Shown here: piece after piece, positions 54,600 to 64,000 of the stretch
How the letters are laid out: the number at the start of each line of letters is the position of its first letter
Position numbering within the stretch: position 1 is the stretch's first letter
DNA from: Epiperipatus broadwayi
Lineage: Eukaryota; Animalia; Onychophora
Direction of reading: 5' to 3'
DNA: 64,000 nt
Assembly: GCA_028023455.1 (NCBI GenBank)
Contig: JAQFVV010000005.1
Coordinates: 124,001-188,000 of the forward strand
The notes under the pieces: model-generated
Databases searched by the model: none
Seen by the model: the letters and a program-made list of their open reading frames with translations, nothing else
What the model was told of the DNA's origin: nothing
Translations under genes and position numbers: made by a program

Positions 54600-55290
54600 T
54601 CTACCCACAATCCTATTTTTTCTTTCTGTTCTTTAATCTTATTTTAAAATGTCATAGGATCTTTTCCATTTTCAACTGCAAGAATTTTATGATCAATCCT
54701 GAATTGATATTTGTCTTAATTCGATTTCTGGTTTATCTCACTACATATTCTGGAAGGCTGAAATCAGTCTGTTTAATCATAGCCAATTTTGTTTATAGCT
54801 TTTAATCTCAAATACCAATTCTTTATAAGATATGGTTTGATGCATCCATTTTTCTAAAAATATTTAATAATTTAGTATGACCTGCAAAGGCTTTATCATA
54901 ATCAACAAACTGTTTTATGGCCTGAAAATTGTTGATTTTTTCCTTTTCCCCTGAAATGAGTTGTAATCTGTGTTGAATGATTTTCATCCTAACTTTACTT
55001 CCATGTGAAATATTACAAATTTGTTTTAACAGTCTACTTTTTTTCTTTTTTATATATGTTGAAATTGATTTTTTTCAGTCTGTCAGCATTAAATAATTTT
55101 CCAAATCAGTTGGCATAATTTATTCAATACTTTTATTACTTCTATTTGTTTTCTTTAAAACTTTTAATGAAATGTTATCTATTGCTAGAACCTATCTTGT
55201 GACAATATTCTCAAGATTTTATTCTGGTTTCTTCTATTAACCAGGAATTCTTTATATAGCTTATCTCGTTAAAATACTTCTATTGATTTG
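54600..55290 (-). mobile_element. RTE-like LINE RT fragment
   Basis: Minus-strand remnant FVDYDKAF..HTKLLNIFRKMD (~54900). Confidence 0.55.
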
Positions 55291-55479
55291 TTTGTATTAA
55301 AAAAAAAAAATCAAGTCAGATATCACATGACCTAATTTAATAAGCTTGTATTTACAAATGTTATATATACATATGATTTATAACATGATTTGTTTGTAGT
55401 ATAGCTCTTCTATATATTTTAAATTCACTTTAGTTATCTATATTCTTCAGCCACTTCACTTTTTGACTGCATAAATCAC

Positions 55480-55480
<1 letters not shown>

Positions 55481-55546
<66 letters not shown>
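55481..55546. repeat. (TAA)n microsatellite, about 22 units
   Basis: Pure trinucleotide run. Confidence 0.98.
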
Positions 55547-55547
<1 letters not shown>

Positions 55548-55789
55548 TATATACATAGTTGCTCATAAGTTCATTTGATATTTGAGCACCAAAGAAAAGA
55601 TTGAGCAAAGAAATTTCATTTAATTGACCAAATTATTATTTTTTAAACAACTTTACTCAACTGAGTATTGTCCAGAAGCCATTAGAGTCTACTAATCTAC
55701 TGTAATGATATTATTTAAACAGTACTCAACTTTCTGTTAAAATTGGCTATTATTCATTATTTGATTAGAAGGGATTTGAAGCCAGATTT

Positions 55790-56105
55790 TCACTCTTCAG
55801 TCATCCACTCAATGTGCATGACCACATGCATGTGAAAAAGATAAATGATCTCCAATGTATGTATTTCTTACTGCACAAGCACTCATAAATTAATCTGAAT
55901 CATCATCTCTCACACAATCAGTGCTTGGTTTATATTAGGATAGCAAATCTTCGAACTTTAATGGATAGGCTTGTCTTCTCCACTCTCCAACTCTTCAGCC
56001 ATCCATATCATTGAAAATCTGATGATGGCATGTTCAAAGCCCTTGTTTGCTGATATGTCATATGCATGTTGACCATAAGTCATTCTGACCCTTCATATGT
56101 AGGAC
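55790..56105 (-). mobile_element. Diverged family A monomer
   Basis: Aligns with 9930-10230 and 19165-19480; HHR decayed. Confidence 0.75.
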
Positions 56106-57419
56106 CTTAAGATCATTCAAATTCTCTAATTATAGCTAGCTTAAGCATGTATACTATTTTTGTATTTTAATATTCAATATTTAGTAAATCATCTTTTTAT
56201 ATCTAAATTCAAATTTTGAATGTTTCAATTGTTCAATAATCTTCAAAGATCTCCTTTCTCCTATAATTTAACAAAAATAAAAAAAGAAATCTTTGAAAAA
56301 GGTTGAACAATTGAAACATTTTAAATTTGAACATTGCAAAAAATATGCATAATAGATGGTTTATTAGTATTGAAGCAGTCAATCTTAGCTTAAGATTGAG
56401 CTTCATGGTGTCATCTACTAACCTGTATTTAAACCCTATATCCCATCCTGCTCCTTTAGGGTGTATATATATTTTATATATATATTTGAGATGCGTGCCT
56501 AAAATTTATAAAGTTTAATTTTTCAATATTTATTATTATTAATTCTTTATTATTTTCTTCACATTAAAAAAATACATAGGTGCGACTCAAATATATATAT
56601 TATAGGAACAAAAATACTAACAAAATATTGATTTTTAAAAAATATTTTATTATATGTCATTTTACAATTTTTTCTTTTAAATTGTTTTTCCTATTAAATT
56701 GTATATTTTGTCAAAATCCAAGATGGAAGATGCAATCGTTAATTGTCCAAAAATAATTAAAGGGTTGGAAATATAACATTGTTTTAATCTTGGAAAGGAA
56801 TTTTTAATTAAGTTTGTACTTAAAATAAAATGGGGATTAATAGATTTTACTTTTATATCAACAATTTTGTCAAATCCATTTCCAATCTGGAAATAAATTT
56901 GAATATATTTTGAAATGTTATTAAACAATTGCATCTTTCAAACAATGAACAAAGAAAACTTAAGATTTTGGATTAAAGATTACATTTAAGCTAGAGATAA
57001 GAAATTGAAAGCATTTTTCAAATACAGGGGTATGAAATGGGCTAATTTTGAATACCAACAGATTAACTACTATTGAGAGAACTGTGTTGTCAAGATAAAC
57101 CAGCATTTAAAAATGATTCAATAGAAAACACCTTTCCGACTCTTGTGGCTCATTTCTTCTGCTGCCGTATCATCATGCTCCTGTAGAATGAAGTAAAAAC
57201 CTGATGGAGAACTTTAGAATGCTGAACAGAAGCTATCTGAACCACTATGCATGGGCTGACTTTGAAAAAATGAACTCTTAAAATGGTGCAAGATAAATTA
57301 TTTCAAACTGCCACCATTGAAACTAAATCTAGCTTGCCTAACTAATCTTAAACTCTATTAAGATTTCTCCCAATGCATTATTTATTAACTTTGTATCTTA
57401 CTAAAATGTAAATTGCTCT

Positions 57420-57521
57420 TGAAAGAATTTTATGAATCTTATTCTCTTTCTCATATGCTCTAACATTCTTTGAAAGAATTTTATGAATCTTATTCTCTTT
57501 CTCATATGCTCTAACATTCTT
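57420..57521. repeat. Perfect 51-bp tandem duplication
   Basis: tgaaagaattttatgaatcttattctctttctcatatgctctaacattctt x2. Confidence 0.95.
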
Positions 57522-60465
57522 TAACTTTGGTGCGGTCATTTATTTATATGTATTTATTACTTAATTTTATATATCTATTTTACTTATTATTAATATGCCA
57601 ATCTCAATCAATCTGACGAGTTGAATTTCTAAAATCTTTCTTCTTTTTAAGCAAACCTCCATGAATTAAGGTTATGCATTATTAATTAATATGTATGCCA
57701 AATTGTTTTTACAAGTCAAAATTTTGTTGGTTTTAGTATAAAAATTTGTTATTTGTACCTCTAGATTCTACCCAGGGTGAATCCAGAACTTAGGCTAATT
57801 AACGCTCTGAAATTTAAAAATGTTATTTATTAAATTCTGAAAGAGTGACCTATTAGTTGTTTTCTATAACTGCTAGCCTTTTTTTATTTTTCCATACTCT
57901 TAAAATATCACATGCTTAAATATTCAGTTGTAAAATCCATGAAGATGGGATTGAATTATATTAAATAGCAGAAAAGGAGGGAGTCAAATTTCTGAAATCT
58001 TCCCTATATATAATAGTGGCATAGCGTATTATTTATCTAAACTATGGCATTCAAACAAGGGTCATTTATTTTTAAAGCAGTAAATCTTATTCAATGTCGT
58101 TAGTGACATTTATCCATACTGCATTACTGACATTCGGCTTAACTTCATAAATATATTGTAACGGAATATAATATCCCGTCACATTATTTTAAAATTAAAA
58201 TAAAAGACCATAAATAAAAATTGATTTATTAAAAAGAAAAAAAAACTTAATTTAAAAACTGTTTAACGTATATATAGATCGCATGATGGACAACTTTAAA
58301 AACTTAAAAAATAAAAATATTTGAAAGTAATTTTTTTTGTAAAAAGTAAAGATATAAAGATTGATATTTTAAAAATAGAAATAATGTTGATTTCTATAGT
58401 CTTAGAAAATGGAAATGATTGTCTTATTAATTAAATGATTGTTCAAAAGCAAACTACCTCGTGAGGCATGTAAAATAAATTAAATGGTCAGATAAGAGAA
58501 TACAAAGGAATTAAATGACCAATCCAAACACGAAAATGACAGTATGGACCATAACTGAAACACGAATGGATTAGTGACGTCTTGCTCGTTGAATCTCAAG
58601 ATCTAATGATAAGAGACTAATAAAAATATAAAAGCCAAATTATTATTATAATTGTTATCTTAGAGCTGACTATGAATAGATCATTATAACTAGCTATATT
58701 GCAGATTTTCACGATGTGGAAGTCTGCAATAAATTTAATTTTCCAGACAACCAGCTGAGGCCTCTGGATGACAGTTCCTGACCAAATGCATGGCAAGTCA
58801 CAGTTTCATTTTCAAAGAAGGACAAAATCTACGAAAGTGATCACGAAGATGGACTTCTCAATCTATTAAAACTGTAAAGTGTGAACTATTGTGTCTATCT
58901 AATAAGAACTTTCCTAAAAAATGCAAGTAATTAATAATTGAAAATAAGAACTCTTATCTGACTTAAAGAATGCAAATTCAATTATTGATATTTTTTTATG
59001 TAGATGTTTAAGCAATCATTTCCATTTCATTTTTTGTGTGTATTATGTTTTAACTAAAATGTATTAAATTTAAAGTTGGGTGTAGATAGCTGCATGAATA
59101 AAGATTAATAACTATGTTTAAATTCGTTTATGTTTAATTTAAGGGATTTTAATTTCAGGCTATTTGTTTCGTGGTTGTGTAAGTGCTAGTGGAGAGATAT
59201 ATAGACATTTATATTAATGTAGTGTGAAGCGTGTTTAGCATACAGGGCAATGTGCCCACCTGAATGCATGACCCCAAAGAGGCAGTCATACCGTTGCAAT
59301 GGTTGCAGATGTATTTCCTGTACCATTAACCCCTTCTAGCTCTATGGACAGGGATTTATAAGTTGACAGAAAGACCGCTTTTCCCCATACGTAGCACTCT
59401 TTAAAAATATATATATACATGATTCCTTAGTCTGACAGATGCACTTTACTGTTCTAGACATGGATCATTTCCTTCAAATAATATCACGCTGTCAGATGCA
59501 CATTTCTGTCTGCGTGATTTTATGCTAGCATCTTCATATTGCATTGATTGCTACTATATATCTGGAAGCAGGCATTGGGTTGACTACAAACTTTTAGTCT
59601 GAGATTGAATGAATGTTTTGATAAGTTTTTAAGTAAAAAAAAAAATCTATGTAGACTATCTATGCTCGACATGCTAAAGTAAAATATAATTTAAATATCC
59701 ATCTGTGCGATCTATTTAAAATAGTAATTTAAATGTTAAAAAAAAATATTAATGTTAGAACCTAAAAATAAATTTATTCCTCAATTTTAAATGTGCGTTA
59801 ATAAAAATCTATTTGTGTGTTAATTACTGGCAGTGGCTTCTTTTATTTTATTGTTCTAAATATTTAATATATACTTCGAGAGAATAGAAATCTATTGAAA
59901 CTTATAAATGTTTAAAATCTCTGCTACTCTATGAGCTAGTGACGGGTAAACGATCGGAATCCAAATATATAAATTAAAATAAAAAAATTTTTTTTTAAAC
60001 TTAACGTACCTGCCTACTATATAAATTTTCTAGGTTCAAATGCCTAGTGGCGCCCTGTAGTGCAGGATACGTTTAAGGCTCTTTCCCCCGATCGTTAAAA
60101 TATATACGTGCTTCTAATTGGGGGGTTGCAACAAGATCGAACCCATAGATTTTCTTCTCATGCCCTGTCCTGCGAATAGTTGATCTTCCTGGGACTTATT
60201 TCATATAAAAAGGCCTCTGACAGTGATTCCAGTATGCCTGGCACATGCTATTCTTATCGACTTTCTTTATATAAAAGGCTTGCAAGTGGTGACGTCCACA
60301 GCATGCCTATTTACTTTTCTCTAAGTGCTGTGCAAGAAGGGGTCTTAGACTTCGTCTTTCATCTTTCTGTGACATTGTCAGTACTGCCACTTTTTCATAT
60401 TATTTCTTTTGCTTATGACCTAATTTTAGTGTTGTAATATTAAAATTGCACTCTGCTCAATATAT

Positions 60466-62681
60466 ATATAAATGGAAGCTACAAAAGATTACATCACGAG
60501 GCAAGAAATAAAAGAAGAAATATTAAAGTTAAAAAAAATAATTACTAATGCTAATGATTCAATTCCAGCTAATATTTATAAACTAATAGATTATGCTCTA
60601 ATAGAGCCAATGTGGAAGTTTTTCAATCAAATGTGCTGTCAAAAGATAAAATGGCCATACATTAATGATAGGGTTTTGTTTAGTATTAAGAAGGCTAAAG
60701 AAAAACAGACACCAACATTAGAAGAGCTAAGACATATATCAATAGAAGACATAGACTCAAAGATACTAGCAAGGATACTATTGAAGAGACTTCATTCTGT
60801 GGTTTTCTCTAAGATTTCGAAGGCACATCATGCAGTCAAGGGTAGACGTGCTATCAATGCAGCAATGAAAATTCAAGAAGCTGTGAAATATGCCAAGAGC
60901 TGGGATTGACTCAGTATTATGCTGTGAAGATTGACTTTAGATCAGCTTTTGATTTGGTGAATTGGTCCTATTTGATAAATAATTTATTGGAATTAATACC
61001 TGAACATGGTATGTTGATAAACGCAATTGAAAACTACATTAGTAATAACAGGATTTCAATTAAAAATTATATGAGGCAATCTGATTTCTTTATACCAAAC
61101 AAAGGGATTCCCCAGGGTTCACCATTGGCTGCATTGCTTTTTGCAATATATATAGATCCTCTAGTAAAAGATATAGAAGGTAAGGTTACAGGTATATATT
61201 TACCGCATTTTGGGGTGAAGGTAGGAGTTGTTGCCTTTATTGATGATCTAATTATAATTTTTCAAAATGCCTACAACATCCATGTTGTGATGAGCATACT
61301 CAATAAATTTCAAGAACAAACTGGATCTTCTGTTCAACTGGCAAAATCTGCGGCATGGCAATTGGCCACAGGAAGAAAAATGCCCTGTGAATTCCTTGCC
61401 ACACCAACAGATTTTCTAGGAATACTATTATATAACTCAAAGACCTCAATTAACAGATATTTAAATAAGTTAATTATAGAAAAGATAGCCATGAGGATAA
61501 ACAATTTCTCATCATTAAAACTTTATGAAGTTACAAGGGCTAGAGTATTTAATGCCATAACAATGGGTATATTGAACTATTACGCCCCATGGATTGACCT
61601 CTATAACACATCAACAAGTAAGATCTATAGAATGGCAAAGAAATATATACGGGGAAGGGCAACAAGTCTAGTTTCGATCTCAACATTACAGCTACCTATT
61701 AATAAGGGAGGTCTCAACTTAATTGACCTAAAAGAATATATTATGTTTATCAAAGCTAAGACATATATAAATGTCATTAAAGATAAATGCTTTGACCCTC
61801 CACTGATTGAAGTTAATGTCTACCATGAAATAGGGAAAGAAAGGAGATCCTTTTTTGCCGATCTGCGGATAGCATACAAGGATTTACAGGACAATCTAGA
61901 CTTGATTAGTTTGGAAGGGGTTAAATATAGAGAGATAAAAAACCAGAGATCGGAATGCACTGAAGTATAGAAGGATTTTTACCTGGATTAAATATAAATA
62001 ATATATTGAAGAAATTACAACAGATATATGCACCTCAATCGTACATTAGGTTTACGTTTAGGTTACTAAATGGGCTCCTTCCTACTAAGGCCCTGCTGAA
62101 TAGTAGGCTCCATATGAACTTGGAACCAATATGTGTATTATGTAAAATAAAGGAAGATAGCTTGTTGCACTTATTTGAGGAGTGTAAAGCCCTCTGGCAC
62201 ATTAGAAATAAAGTGTTTCATAAACCAGTAATAAACTTAAATAAAATAGTAAAAAGAAACTTTGTGAACTTTAACCCGCATAACACATTGGCAATAATAC
62301 ATACATTGAAAACAATATGGTCCATAAGATGTAATGCGATCTATGATAATAAAAAGTATAACTGGTTAAAAAAACTAGATAAAGATTGGAGCAAATACTT
62401 TAATCAATGCCTAAGATACCTACCGAAAAAAATGATGGTCAAAATATGGTGTGGATGTATGCCGACACTATGTGAAATGTGGGATTGATAATCTAAATCA
62501 AAAATATTTATAGAAGACCTGGATATATAGTGATGCATTTCTATAGGGTAGTGTTTTTAAAGTAGAGTAAAATAATTATTATGTATATCTGATAGTTAAA
62601 CCATGTGGTTTATTTGTAAAAAGTGTATATAAAATTTGTGTTATTAATAAAGAATATACTTTAAATAAATAAATATAAATG
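60466..62681 (+). mobile_element. 5'-truncated L1/Tx1-like non-LTR retrotransposon
   Basis: RT plus zf-RVT-like C-terminus; 3' AATAAA and A-rich tail; possible 9-bp TSD atataaatg (60466-60474, 62673-62681). Confidence 0.8.
60472..62488 (+). pseudogene. RT-zinc finger ORF split by two frameshifts
   Basis: KIDFRSAFDLV, GIPQGSPLAALLF, AFIDD, then FTFRLLNGLLPT..CVLC..EDSLLHLFEEC..IWSIRC; frameshifts near 60895 and 61965; no internal stops within the three segments. Confidence 0.85.
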
Positions 62682-64000
62682 CCAAATATTACTAGTTTTG
62701 TTAATTAAAATGTTATTTCAGTCCTATTATACAATCCCATCATCATAATTTGTTAGTTCTGTATTTAAGTGTATATGCCTTGGGGAAAATAAAGTGTTCT
62801 TCTTACTATTGTTAATGAAAATAATTTTCAATATTTTGTCACATAACTAAATATAATTTTCAAATGTGTTTTACTTAATTTCACGACAGTAATGGCGCGA
62901 AAATAATTTGCTTATATATATAATGAATCTTGGAACACTCCCCAAAATTATTAGTCACCATGTTTCAGAACCGTATATAAAAGCATTAATAGGCAATCTT
63001 TTTAATAATTGATTGGCATCTTAATATTGAACCCACCAAAGGTATGTGTTTATTTATAGTATATGTCATTTAATTAATAAAAGAGCATATGAGAAATAAT
63101 AGAGTGATATGTAATTATATACCGTTTGTTAGACTGCTTGCTCATTCACGCACATACTAATGTAAGCAATTAATTCATATTAAACTATTTTATTGTCTAA
63201 ACTTATTTGAGTCATTCGAAATCCTGTTTCTCCACTTCCACACATAGAACTACGTACATGAATATTTTAATTTAGTTAATATTGAGTCTCATTGTCTTCT
63301 CCGCTCTGCTAGTGGGCCGGACTTAAGAATTAATTCTCGTGTGCCATCATTGTTATGTTATCAATTAGGTGTTTGGTCTGGGGCTTAGGGAATGGGTTCG
63401 AATTCAGGTTGGTCTCTAATCTAAATCTCTGGCTTGACTGGGTTTGAAGTACATTTCATTGAGTTCCAGCTCATGTTAGATGGATCAACATGTTTAACCG
63501 GTACAGTATCACAGTAATAATTGCACAGAATTTATGAATCTCTAGAGTATTGTTTTTAAAAAATTAATTGCAGTTTAAACAGCTTGGTAAATCTTATTAT
63601 AAAGTTGTTTTTTTATTTTGTAATTGTCTTTTGAATTTCCTAGTCAATTTTCTCAAAAGGTCTTTATGGTTTTTATTTTTGGTTTTTCTTTACAATTGTG
63701 ACTTTATCTTTTATATTCATTTTGATTTTTCTATTCTCTTATTTTAGTGATTTTTTTTCTTCTCATCTATCACAGGTCATCAGAATCAGTGTCACATCTA
63801 AATCATTATCATAAGTGCTTTGCACCCATTACAAGCTTAAATAATCAATAGGTGCCAGATATAATGCTTATTAAACCCTATCAAATATTGCCTTATCCAT
63901 ATCCCAATCTAATTTATAGCTTAAGGTCTTTATTAGTAAGAAGTTTTAAAAAATGTTGGATTATTTTGTATCTATTGTTTTTTTCTATTCAATAGCCATC

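Noticed and set aside
56007-56045. Second, antisense CTGATGA in family A (also ~19250)
   Set aside because: No GAAA after a stem II in either copy, and absent from the 10170 copy.
21-56934. Most short ORFs in the supplied track
   Set aside because: Low-complexity AT-rich translations, antisense of LINEs, or parts of non-coding repeats; none resembles a recognisable protein apart from the LINE fragments listed.
58690-58870. Plus-strand reading frame with an in-frame TGA (selenocysteine?)
   Set aside because: No SECIS evidence or homology; the minus strand is equally open.
60085-60120. U6 snRNA fragment upstream of the L1/Tx1-like element
   Set aside because: Only loose similarity; no conserved ACAGAGA or AGC elements.

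Overview
Strongly AT-rich, CpG-depleted eukaryotic (probably invertebrate animal) genomic DNA, mostly repeats. The only host gene I recognise is the first coding exon of an EFHD2/Swiprosin-1 homolog (17271-17440, +), behind a CpG-retaining promoter; I could not find its later exons. The rest is a patchwork of: decayed non-LTR retrotransposons (Vingi/Ingi-like, RTE-like, a generic APE-RT LINE); a young endonuclease-less L1/Tx1-like RT-zinc finger element (60466-62681); two hAT MITEs with 8-bp TSDs; and six copies of a tRNA-only SINE. The main finding is a dense population of short non-coding repeats carrying minimal type I hammerhead ribozyme (HHR) motifs: CUGANGA...GAAA with a palindromic helix III. 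They fall into at least three sequence groups (A/A2, B, C, possibly D), with roughly 20 intact or decayed motifs in 64 kb. Many copies are direct+inverted (fold-back) composites bounded by 8-13 bp target-site duplications, so the inversions appear to form during insertion. This resembles Penelope pseudo-LTR / non-LTR retrozyme biology; the families and the fold-back architecture need database checks. All motif calls were made by eye; no searches or folding programs were run.
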